DNA of 64,000 nucleotides from contig CAVPTV010000007.1 in the NCBI GenBank assembly GCA_963708765.1, positions 240,056-304,055 on the forward strand. Reading direction: 5' to 3'. Below, piece by piece: positions 25,413 through 34,516 of the stretch. Source of the stretch: an uncultured Alphaproteobacteria bacterium (GTDB lineage: Bacteria > Pseudomonadota > Alphaproteobacteria > Rhizobiales > Xanthobacteraceae). Numbering within the stretch: position 1 is the stretch's first letter; the number at the start of each line of letters is the position of its first letter. The position numbers were made by a program, and so were the translations under genes. The notes under the pieces are model-generated. The model was not told the DNA's origin and did not search any database. It worked only from the letters and a program-made list of their open reading frames with translations.

Positions 25413-26447
25413 TCAGGCCACGCCGGCCGCGCGCGAGGCCGGACGGTCGGCGCTGGTGCCGAGCATCGTCTGCGCCAGCCCGCCGAGAATCGAGGTGCGG
25501 TCGGTCGGCGGGATCGAAAGGCTGCGGACCTGCAGCACGCCGTCCGGCATGCCCATGTCGAATGGATAATCGCTGCCGAGCAGCACCCGGTCGGCGCCGG
25601 CGTTGCGGACCAGGAATTCGAGCACCTCCTTCGAGTGCACGATGGTGTCGAAGTAGAACCGCTGCAGCGAGTCGGTCGGCGGCTTGGGGAGCTTCACCTT
25701 CGGCTCGGCGCGCACCTGCCAGCCGTGCAGGAAGCGTCCGGCCTGGTAGGGCACGAAGCCGCCGCCATGGGCCAGGCAGATCTTCAGCGACGGATAGCGC
25801 TCGAGCACGCCGCTGAACACGAGGCAGGCCGCCGCGATGGTGGTGTCGAGCGGATTGCCGATCAGGTTGTTGAGATAATACGACTTGAGCCGGTCGATGC
25901 CGGCGACGTTGATCGGATGAATCAATATGAAGGCGCCGAGCTCGGCGGCCGTGGCCCAGACCGGCTCGAGCTCCGGATCATCGAGGTTCTTGCCGGCGAT
26001 GTTCGACCCGATCTGCACGCCGCGCAGGCCGAGCGCGGTCATCGCATGGCGAAGCTCGTCCGCCGCCTGCCTGGGCGCCTGCATCGGGACCGTCGCGATC
26101 GCCTGGAAGCGGCCGGGATGGGCCTTCACCAGCTTGGCGAGCTGCTCGTTCTGGATGCGGGCGAACGCCGCCGCCAAGGCCGGCGGCTGCGAGTACAGAA
26201 AGGTCTGCGGGCAGACCGACAGCACCTGCATGTCGACCTTGGAGGCGGTCATGTCCTGGAAACGCCGATCGAGGTCCCAGCCGCCGCGGGGGAAATGCCG
26301 GTAGACGTTGCCGGCGACGTCGAGGGTGCCGAATTGCTCGTCGACGTCGCTCAGCTTCGGCGCCACCTTGGGCGATTCCCGCTGCAGCAGCCGGATCGTG
26401 TCTTCGGTCAGGATATGAGCGTGAACGTCGATCGTTTGTGGGTTCAT
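25413..26447 (-). CDS. Amidohydrolase_2 family protein (ACMSD/gamma-resorcylate decarboxylase-like).
   Basis: Intact 344-aa ORF. It shows the N-terminal metal motif IDVHAHIL, then ILIHP, LAHGGG and GSDYPFD. Confidence 0.75.
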   Translation of the reverse strand: MNPQTIDVHAHILTEDTIRLLQRESPKVAPKLSDVDEQFGTLDVAGNVYRHFPRGGWDLDRRFQDMTASKVDMQVLSVCPQTFLYSQPPALAAAFARIQNEQLAKLVKAHPGRFQAIATVPMQAPRQAADELRHAMTALGLRGVQIGSNIAGKNLDDPELEPVWATAAELGAFILIHPINVAGIDRLKSYYLNNLIGNPLDTTIAAACLVFSGVLERYPSLKICLAHGGGFVPYQAGRFLHGWQVRAEPKVKLPKPPTDSLQRFYFDTIVHSKEVLEFLVRNAGADRVLLGSDYPFDMGMPDGVLQVRSLSIPPTDRTSILGGLAQTMLGTSADRPASRAAGVA

Positions 26448-26625
26448 GGGTCCTGGCTCTTGGGGAATGGGTCGCGCAGCGGGACTGCCGGATCAGATAT
26501 CCCGGCCATCAGGCGGGCAGATTAGTGCATCCGGCACGCCAGATCGAGTAGCCGCGCCCGCCCTTTCGGATCATGATACGGTTCCGTGACCCTGATGCGA
26601 CCCGACGGAACCCAGAGCCGGCCAT

Positions 26626-28794
26626 ATGCTCGACCAACCCGCAGATTCGCGCCGCACGCGGCTGCAGCCGGGTGGCCGCCCGCGGCTCGATTTCCAGGAG
26701 CACCTGGCCGATCTCGAGGCCAACGGGCTGTTGGTGCGGATCGACCGGCCGATCAACAAGGACACCGAGCTGCACCCGCTGGTGCGCTGGCAGTTCCTGG
26801 GCGGGGTGCCCGAGGACAAGCGGCGGGCTTTCCTGTTCACCAATGTGACGGACGCCAAGGGGCGGCGCTACGACATCCCGGTGGTGGTCGGCGCGCTCGC
26901 CGCCTCGCCCGAAATCTACGCGGTCGGCATGGGGCAGGCGGTGGCCGATATCGGCGAGGCCTGGATGCGGGCGATCGCCGGCCCGATCGCGCCGATCAGG
27001 GTCAAGTCGCCGCCCTGCCAGCAAGTGGTCGAGACCGGCGATGAGCTGAGCCGGCCCGGCGGCGGGCTGGCGCGCCTGCCGGTGCCGGTGTCGACGCCCG
27101 GGTTCGATTCGGCGCCGTACTTGACGGCGACGCTCTGCATCACCCGCGATCCCGATACCGGGATCCAGAACATGGGCACGTATCGGGCCGCCTTGAAGGC
27201 AACGGATCGGCTGGTGGTGCGGATGGTGGCGCGCGAGGCGACCGGCGCCGGCGGCTATTTGCATTGGCTCAAGTATCGCGAGCGGCGGCAGCCGATGCCG
27301 ATCGCCATCGTGATCGGCTGCGCGCCGGTGGTGATGTTCACCGGCCCGCAGAAGCTCGCGATCGACATGGACGAGCTCGGCGTCGCCGGCGCGCTCGCGG
27401 GCGCGCCGATCGAGATGGCGAAGGCCGTCACCATCGACATCGACGTGCCGGCGTCGTCGGAGATCGTGGTCGAGGGGCTGATCGACCCCGACAAGCTCGA
27501 GCCCGAGGCGCCGTTCGGCGAGAGCAACGGCTACGTGGCGCTCGAGGCCTTCAACATGCCGATGCGGGTGACGGCGATCACCCGCAAGCGCGCGCCGGTG
27601 TTCACCTCGATCATCAGCCAGGTGACGCCGAGCGAATCGAGCGTGATCAAGAAGGTCGCCTACGAGCCGGTGTTCTTCAATCACCTGCACGACCGGCTGT
27701 CGATCAAGGGCATCCGGCGGGTGGTGATGCACGAGCGGCTGACCAACCTGCGCCCGGTGATCTTCCTGCAATTCGCCGAAGGCACGCCGCGCACCGAGGT
27801 CTGGCGCGGGCTGCACGGAGCCGCGACCCTGCAGTCCAATTGCGGCAAGATCGTCATCGCGGTCAGCGAGGACATCGATCCGACCAGCATGGACGCGGTG
27901 CTGTGGTCGCTCGCCTACCGCACCAACCCGATCGAGGACGTGCATCTGGTGCCCCACCGCGGCGGCGTGCAGGGCGCCCAATACGGGCCGAAGACATCGG
28001 ATTCGGGGCTGCTGATCGACGCCACCCGCAAATATCCGATGTCGCCGCTCGCGCTGCCGACGCGCGAATACATGGAGCATGCGCGCGCGCTGTGGGAGGA
28101 GCTCGACCTCTATCCGCTCGCCGCGCAGTCGCCCTGGCACGGCTACAGCCTGGGCGACTGGAGCGACCGCTGGGAGACCTTCGCGCGCCGCGCCGCCCGC
28201 GGCGACTGGGAGCTCACCGGCATGGAGACGCTGGGCCACCAGCGCGCCGGGATGATGCCGGAAACGCCCGCGCGCTTCGACGAGAAAGAAGAAGAAGCGA
28301 CTGACTGTTCCACGATCTGCGCGTGCGCTCCCACTCCCTCATTTGCGGAGAGGAAGCCGATCGAGTGTGCCGCCGAGCCTGCAAGCCCGATCTCAAATCT
28401 CGCTGCAGAGGCCTTGCAATGGAGCCTTCCGCGATGGCGCGCCTTCCCTATCTCGCCCGGGCCGATCTCAAGCCCGAGGATCAGGAGTTGCTCAATCGCG
28501 ACATCAATCTCTATCGGCTGCTGGCGCACAGCCCCGATGCGCTGCGCGCGTTCAGCAGCCTCGGATATTTCATCCGCCGCAAGAGCCGGCTCGAGCCGCG
28601 GCTGCGCGAGCTGGCGATCCTGCAGGTCGGATACCTGGAGCGCTCGGCCTACGAGTATTCGCACCATATCGAGATCGGCCGTCACTTCGGCGTCAGCGAC
28701 GACGACATCCGCGCCATCGCGGCGGAGACCGAACGGCGGCCGACCGACCTCGATCCGCTGGCCAAGGCGGTGCTGCGGGCGGCGCGCGAGATGA
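26626..28794 (+). CDS. UbiD-family (prFMN-dependent) decarboxylase, copy 1. The native stop is apparently missing; the probable end is near 28300.
   Basis: The product is UbiD-like from LDFQEHLADLEANGLLVRIDRPINKDTELHPLVRWQF through EAPFGESNGYVA to ..ETPARFDEKEEEA (~28299). After that the ORF becomes junk-like and overlaps the CMD gene. An out-of-frame TGA lies at 28302-28304. Confidence 0.8.
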   Translation: MLDQPADSRRTRLQPGGRPRLDFQEHLADLEANGLLVRIDRPINKDTELHPLVRWQFLGGVPEDKRRAFLFTNVTDAKGRRYDIPVVVGALAASPEIYAVGMGQAVADIGEAWMRAIAGPIAPIRVKSPPCQQVVETGDELSRPGGGLARLPVPVSTPGFDSAPYLTATLCITRDPDTGIQNMGTYRAALKATDRLVVRMVAREATGAGGYLHWLKYRERRQPMPIAIVIGCAPVVMFTGPQKLAIDMDELGVAGALAGAPIEMAKAVTIDIDVPASSEIVVEGLIDPDKLEPEAPFGESNGYVALEAFNMPMRVTAITRKRAPVFTSIISQVTPSESSVIKKVAYEPVFFNHLHDRLSIKGIRRVVMHERLTNLRPVIFLQFAEGTPRTEVWRGLHGAATLQSNCGKIVIAVSEDIDPTSMDAVLWSLAYRTNPIEDVHLVPHRGGVQGAQYGPKTSDSGLLIDATRKYPMSPLALPTREYMEHARALWEELDLYPLAAQSPWHGYSLGDWSDRWETFARRAARGDWELTGMETLGHQRAGMMPETPARFDEKEEEATDCSTICACAPTPSFAERKPIECAAEPASPISNLAAEALQWSLPRWRAFPISPGPISSPRIRSCSIATSISIGCWRTAPMRCARSAASDISSAARAGSSRGCASWRSCRSDTWSARPTSIRTISRSAVTSASATTTSAPSRRRPNGGRPTSIRWPRRCCGRRAR

Positions 28795-28985
28795 CGGTCG
28801 GCGGCGCGATCACCGAGCGCACGTTCGGCGAGCTGCGTGCCGGGCTCGACAACGAGTGCCTCACCGACCTGGTGCTGACGATCGCCTTCTACAACGCGGT
28901 GGTGCGCATCCTGGCGACCATGCAGATCGACGTGGAGGACGATTATCTGCGATATCTCGACGAGTTTCCGCTGCCGAAGGATTAG
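28419..28985 (+). CDS. Carboxymuconolactone decarboxylase (AhpD-like) family protein.
   Basis: Intact ORF (the track starts it at 28323; ATG 28419 or 28434 is more likely). The product MARLPYLARADLKPEDQELL..LERSAYEYSHHIEIG is typical of the CMD-domain fold. Confidence 0.7.
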   Translation: MEPSAMARLPYLARADLKPEDQELLNRDINLYRLLAHSPDALRAFSSLGYFIRRKSRLEPRLRELAILQVGYLERSAYEYSHHIEIGRHFGVSDDDIRAIAAETERRPTDLDPLAKAVLRAAREMTVGGAITERTFGELRAGLDNECLTDLVLTIAFYNAVVRILATMQIDVEDDYLRYLDEFPLPKD

Positions 28986-28990
28986 AGCGC

Positions 28991-29819
28991 ATGATCGTCG
29001 ACGCACAGGTCCATTTGTGGAAGGCGGAATCGCCGGACTGGCCGTGGATCGCCGGCGCCCGGCCGCAAATGCCCGAGCCGTTCACCATCGAGAAGCTGGT
29101 GCCGCTGATGGACGAGGCCGGCGTCGATCGCGCCGTCATCGTGCCGCCGTCCTGGCCGGGCGATCGCAACGACTATGCGCTCGAGGCGGTCAAACGATAT
29201 CCCGGTCGCTTCGCCGTCATGGGCCGCATCCCGATCGAGAACCCGCAGTCGGCCGCGCTGCTGCCGAAGTGGAAGGAGCAGCCCGGAATGCTCGGCGTCC
29301 GGGTCACGTTCCAGGGCTTCCGCGACCCGTGGCTCACGGACGGGACCGCCGACTGGTTCTGGCCGGCCGCCGAGAAGGCCGGGCTTCCCGTCATGTTCCT
29401 GACCCATGCCCGGACGGCGGAATTCGGCCGCATCGCGGAGCGCCACCCGCAGCTCACGCTGATCGTCGATCACATGGGCGTGCGCGCGGACCTCGTGAAG
29501 GAAGGCAAGCTCGGCGGACGCGATCGCCCAGACGGCGTCGCTGGCGAAGTATCCGAATGTTTCGGTCAAGCTGTCGGCGGCTCCCAACAACTCGACGGAA
29601 CCCTATCCGTTCCGCGACTTTCTTCCGCACATCCGGCGGCTGTTCGACGCCTATGGCCCGCAGCGTTGCTATTGGGGAACCGACATCACCAACGGCTTCG
29701 CCAAGGCCACCTACAAGCAGCGCATCACCCACTTCACCGAGGAGCTGACGTTCCTGTCGGAGGAGGACAAGGACTGGATCATGGGACGCGCCATTCTCGC
29801 GCGCCTCGGCTGGACGTAG
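28991..29819 (+). pseudogene. Amidohydrolase_2 family hydrolase. One frameshift near 29513.
   Basis: MIVDAQVHLW...LIVDHMGVRADLVKEGKL lies in the frame of ORF 28343..29851. It continues in the next frame as ADAIAQTASLAKYPNVSVKLSAAP..DWIMGRAILARLGWT and stops at 29817-29819. Confidence 0.75.
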
Positions 29820-29921
29820 GTCGCGAGCGGCGCGCTCCCACGAGCTCGTAGCCCGGATGAGCAGTAAGCGACATCCGGGACCCTTCACCGCGCGGGGAGA
29901 CCGCCCCGCATTTCATGCGGG

Positions 29922-30908
29922 CTACAGCAGCCGCCAGAACACGAGCACCATCGCGGCATAGAGCGCGACCAGCAGCGCGACCCCGGCGATCTCGATCCGC
30001 CGCGGGTGCGGCCCCGCCGGCTGCAGCCACCAGGTGAAGCGGGTGCTGGTCCACGGCACCAGATAAGTGAGCAGCAGCACGCTGACGACGTTGCCGATGA
30101 ACAGCGCGACCGCGAACGGCAAGCCGGCGCGGCCGGTCAGCAGCGGCGTCTGCACCGTGAGCCCGAACAGGAACACCACCGGATAGAGCATCAGCAGCAC
30201 GAGCATGTTCATCTTCCAGGCCGCCGGCGGCGACGTTCCGGGGGCCGGGACCGGGAACCACTGGTCGAAGCCGGTGCGCACGATGCGGGCGTGGAATTCC
30301 TCGGTCAGGGGCTCGGCCTCGCGCAACAGCTTGTGGCGCTCCGGCGAGTCGAGCCAGGCCTGCAGGTTGGCTTCGGTGTCGAAGCGCACGATCGCGAGCC
30401 AATCGTCCTGCACCCCGGGCACCGGCGGCTCGAAGCGATAACCCTGGAAGCCGGGAGATTTCGACTGGGCGGCGGCGATGCGCTGCTCCCAGGCCCGATA
30501 GGCTTTCTCCTGGCCCGGCTTGACGCGGGTCGAGATCACCGCCGACACCGGCGAGGGCAGCACGCCTTCGCCGCCGTCCTGCACGATGTGGATGTCGTCG
30601 CGGCCGACCAGCATCGGCGCCGCGCCTTCGATGCGCGTGAGGCGCTCCTTCGAGTTGAGCCACGCCATCGCGGCCTGGGTGTCGGCGAAGCGTTGCAGGA
30701 TCACCCAATCGACCTGCGCGGGCGGGCTCGGCGGCATCACGGTCTGCTTGATGAAGCCCGGGAAGGCCGCGATGGCGGCGCTGGTTTCCTCCTGCCAGCG
30801 GGCGAAGGCCTCGGTGCTTTCCGGCCGCACGCAGGTCTGCGTGACGATCGTGACCGTGCCCTTTACGTCTGCCGATCCCGCGGCGGACATGCGCTGCTCG
30901 CCGCTCAT
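29922..30908 (-). CDS. Membrane protein with tandem ABM (antibiotic biosynthesis monooxygenase-like) domains and C-terminal TM helices.
   Basis: ATG 30908 overlaps the upstream stop (ATGA). The product starts MSGEQRMSAAGSADVKGTVTIVTQTCVRPE. Two ferredoxin-like ABM-type halves are followed by hydrophobic segments (MNMLVLLMLYPVVFLFGL, FAVALFIGNVVSVLLLTYLV, IAGVALLVALYAAMVLVFW). Confidence 0.65.
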   Translation of the reverse strand: MSGEQRMSAAGSADVKGTVTIVTQTCVRPESTEAFARWQEETSAAIAAFPGFIKQTVMPPSPPAQVDWVILQRFADTQAAMAWLNSKERLTRIEGAAPMLVGRDDIHIVQDGGEGVLPSPVSAVISTRVKPGQEKAYRAWEQRIAAAQSKSPGFQGYRFEPPVPGVQDDWLAIVRFDTEANLQAWLDSPERHKLLREAEPLTEEFHARIVRTGFDQWFPVPAPGTSPPAAWKMNMLVLLMLYPVVFLFGLTVQTPLLTGRAGLPFAVALFIGNVVSVLLLTYLVPWTSTRFTWWLQPAGPHPRRIEIAGVALLVALYAAMVLVFWRLL

Positions 30909-33685
30909 GTCTCGCCCGCGAGCTTGCCGAAGATGCGGTCCGGCGTGAACGGCAGATGCGGGAAGCGCACGCCGGTCGCATTCGTCGAGCGCGTTGGAGA
31001 TCGCGGGCGCGACCGGATTGATCGCGCACTCGCCCTGCGACTTGGCGCCGAGCGGTCCGATCTTGTCGTAGGTGTCGGCGAAGAACACCTCGGTCGGCGG
31101 CACGTCCGCGAACGCCGGGATGCGGTAGTTGCGCAGCGCCGGGTTCACCATGGTGCCGCCGTCGTAGACCATGTTCTCGGTCAGCGCCCAGCCGAACGCC
31201 ATCGCGACGGCGCCGTCGATCTGGCCGCGGCACTGCATCGGGTTGATCAGCCGGCCGATGTCGGCGCCGTGCACGCTGTGCAAGATGCGGATCTCGCCGG
31301 TGTGGCGATGCACCGCAAGGCGCACGCCGTGGGCGTTGAAGGCGACCGTGCGCGGCGAGAGGTAGGCTTTGCGCTTGGCTTCGAAGCGGTGCCTCGGCCT
31401 TGGTGCCGGCGACGTGCAGGTCTTGCAGCGAGATGCGCTGCTCGCCGCAGACCACGGCTGTCGTCCTCGAGCCGGCAGGTCGGCGAGGTCGACGCCGGTA
31501 TGGCGGCTGGCAAAGTCGAGGATGTTGTCGCGCATCGCGGCCGCCGCCAGCGCCACCGCCTTGCCGGCGACGACCGTGCCGGTGCTCGCGAAGGTGCCGG
31601 TGTCATAGGGCGCGAGATCGGTGTCGGCATTGATGATGGCGACGCTGCCGGCGCGCGTGCCGAGGATCGAGGCCGCGATCTGCCGGTGCGAGTTGGTCGA
31701 GCCGTTGCCCATCTCGGTCGAGCCGACCGCCAGGTGATAGCTGCCGTCCGGCAGCAGCGCCATCTGCGCGCCAGCGCGGTGCTCGGTCGGCGGGCCGCAA
31801 TCGAGCATCGCCAGCGCAATGCCGGTGCCCTCCGCCCACTCGTCGCCCGCGGGCTTGCGCGCGCCGCGGCCGGAGGCCAAGGCCTGCTCGACGTGGTCGA
31901 GGCACTGGTCGAGCCCGTAGCTGCCGAAGTCGACGTCGGAGGGATCCTTCCAGACCGACTCCATCCAGTCGCCGGGCCGCACCATGTTCTTGCGGCGGAT
32001 CTCGAACGGGTCCATGCCGAGGAGCCGCGCCAGGTCGTCGATGGCGCATTCGATCGCGAACGTGGTCTGCGAGGAGCCGTAGCCGCGGAAGCCGCCGCCC
32101 GGCACCATGTTGGTGTAGACCGCGTAGCCGACCGCCTTCTTGTTGGCGCAGCGATACGCCGTGAGCGGGCTGCCGAGCGCGGCGGCGAGCGTCTCGCTGG
32201 CATGGCCGCCGTAGGCGCCGGTGTTGGAGACCACGTGCACGTCGATCGCCGTCAAGCGTGCCGTCGCGCTTGGCGCCGAGCTTCACCCGGGTGGTCATCT
32301 GGTGGCGCGTCGAGGCGCCGATGAACTGCTCCTCGCGGGTGAACTCCCACTTCACCGGCCGGCCGAGCTTGAGCAGCGCGAGCACGCAGAGATCCTCCGA
32401 GAGCATTTCCTGCTTGCCGCCGAAGCCGCCGCCGACGCGCTCGGTGAAGACGTGCAGGTCGCGCGGCCGCAGGCCGAAGATGTGGCAGAGCTTCTGCTGC
32501 GCGATGAAGGGCGCCTGCGAGCTGGTGCGGACGTGAATGCGGCCGTCGTCGCCGCGCCAGGCGATCGAGCCGTGCGTCTCCAGATGCACGTGCTGGACGC
32601 GCGAGGTCGAATAGGTCATCTCGTGCACGGCGTCGGCAGCCTTGAAGCCGTCCGCCACGCTGCCGACCTCGCCGCGGATGTCGACGAAGATATTGCCTTT
32701 CTCGGCGCCGCCCTTGTCGTGCAGGATCGGCGCGTCCGGCGCCATCGCGGCGACCGGATCGAACACCGCCGGCAGCACCTCGTAGCTGACGTCGAGCAGC
32801 CGGCAGGCGATATCGGCGGCGGCCTCGGTCTCGGCCACCACCGCGGCGATGCGCTGGCCGACGAAGCGCACGACGTTGTCGAGCACGTAGGTGTCGTCCG
32901 GGTCGACCAGGTGGTCCTCGTGGGTCGCCGTGCTGTAGAGCCGGCGCGGCACGTCCTCCCAGGTGAAGATCTCGACCACGCCCGGCACCGCCAGCGCCCG
33001 GTCGCGGCCGATCGACAGGATGCGGGCATGCGCGTGCGGCGAGCGCAGCACCTTGATGTGCAACAGCCCCTCGATCGCCACGTCCATGGTGTAGCGCGCG
33101 CGGCCGGTGACGATCGCCTCGCCGAACGGATTGGGCAGGCTGGCGCCGCAGGCCTTGCCGGCGACGTCGTCCTCGACGGCGGGAACGCCGGCGAGCGCGT
33201 CGCTGATCGAGCGATAACCGGTGCAGCGGCAGAGATTGCCCTTGAGCGCGTGCGGCAGGTCGGCGCGCTGCTCCTCGTCGAGCGCGGCCACCGTCATGAT
33301 CATGCCGGCCGCGCAGATAGCCGCATTGGAACGCCTGCGCGTCGAGGAACGCCTGCTGCACCGGATGCAGCGCGTCGGTTTGCGCCAGCCCCTCGAGCGT
33401 GGTTTGCGCCAGCCCCTCGATGGTGGTCACCACCCGCCCGGCCGCCCGAAACGCCGGCATCAGGCAGGAGTGGATCGGCGTGCCGTCGAGCCAGACCGTG
33501 CAGGCGCCGCAATCGCCGGCGTCGCAGCCCTTCTTGACGCCGAACACGCCGCGCTCGCGCAGGAAGGTGCGCAGGCATTGTCCGGGCTGCGGCTCGGCCG
33601 AGAACAGCTGGCCGTTGACGTTGTAGATCATGCGGCTCTCGGCGGCTCCGGTGCGGTGCGGACGCGTGATCACGGTGTAGTTCAT
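30905..33685 (-). pseudogene. Xanthine dehydrogenase/aldehyde oxidase family subunit with an N-terminal [2Fe-2S] domain fused to the molybdopterin-binding domain. Six frameshifts.
   Basis: The product reads [47 protein letters not shown], then the Mo-binding body ([44 protein letters not shown]). Frames step regularly, with extra bases near 33316, 32254, 31478, 31456, 31392 and 30981. The stop is TGA at 30905-30907. Confidence 0.85.
33377..33424. repeat. In-frame 24-bp tandem duplication inside the [2Fe-2S] domain coding region.
   Basis: ggtttgcgccagcccctcgagcgt (33377-33400) is followed by ggtttgcgccagcccctcgatggt (33401-33424), matching at 22 of 24 positions. On the coding strand this gives TIEGLAQT|TLEGLAQT. 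Confidence 0.9.
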
Positions 33686-34516
33686 GTGCCTGCTCGCGGT
33701 TGCGCCAGCTCGGCGCGGATCTGCTCGGCGAAGTAATAGGTGAGGTGGCGCTTGTAGGGCGCCGAGCCATGGACGTCGTCGAAATATCCGTCGTGCCGGG
33801 ATGCGCTCATCGAGCGCGCGCCGCAGCTCGGTCGCCGACGGCACCTGCGCGAACCGCAGCTGGATCGGGCGCGGCGTCGCCGCCGTGATGGTGAGCAGGA
33901 GATCGCCGGCGGCCTCGCTCTGCGTGCCGATCAACAGCGCCGCCGAGCGGCCGAGCTTGGTGAGCGAGGCGTGGCGGAACGCGAAACGCTTCGACAGCGC
34001 CGCCGCCGGCAGGTGGATGCTGCGCAGCAGCTCGCCCGGCTGCAGCACGTTGGCGTGGTTGCCGGTGACGAAGTCGACCGCCGGCAGCTCGCGCGGCGGC
34101 GCGTTGCGCGGCCACAGCGTGTAGATGCCTTCGAGCGCGACGGTGAGCGAGATCATCGCGCCGGCCGGCAACGACATGCAGATATTGCCGCCGACGGTGG
34201 CGGCGTTCTGGATCTTGAACGACATCAGCAGCGCGTCGGCGCATTCGCGCAGAAGCGGTGCCGCGCGCCACGCGGACGGCGCGGCGAAGCGGTAGAGCTC
34301 GGCGATCCGGCAGGTCGCCGCGATCTCGAGGCCGGCCGAAGATGCCTCCAGGGCCGGCCAACCCAACGCCTCGACGTCGATGAGCGTGTCGGTCGCGACC
34401 TGCGGCTCGGAGAACAGCCAGGTGCCGCCGGCGAGCCACGCATATCCGTCACGCCAGTGCGTGATCTGGTCGGCGGATGCCGGGCGCTTGACCTCGGTGA
34501 TGGTGTTGAGGTTCAT
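33682..34516 (-). pseudogene. FAD-binding subunit of the molybdo-oxidoreductase (CoxM/XdhB-like). One frameshift near 33795.
   Basis: The product reads MNLNTITEVKRP..WLAGGTWLF..ATVGGNICMSLPAGAMI.. then, after the shift, DDGYFDDVHGSAPYKRHLTYYFAEQIRAEL. Its stop overlaps the next start (ATGA at 33682-33685). Confidence 0.8.
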
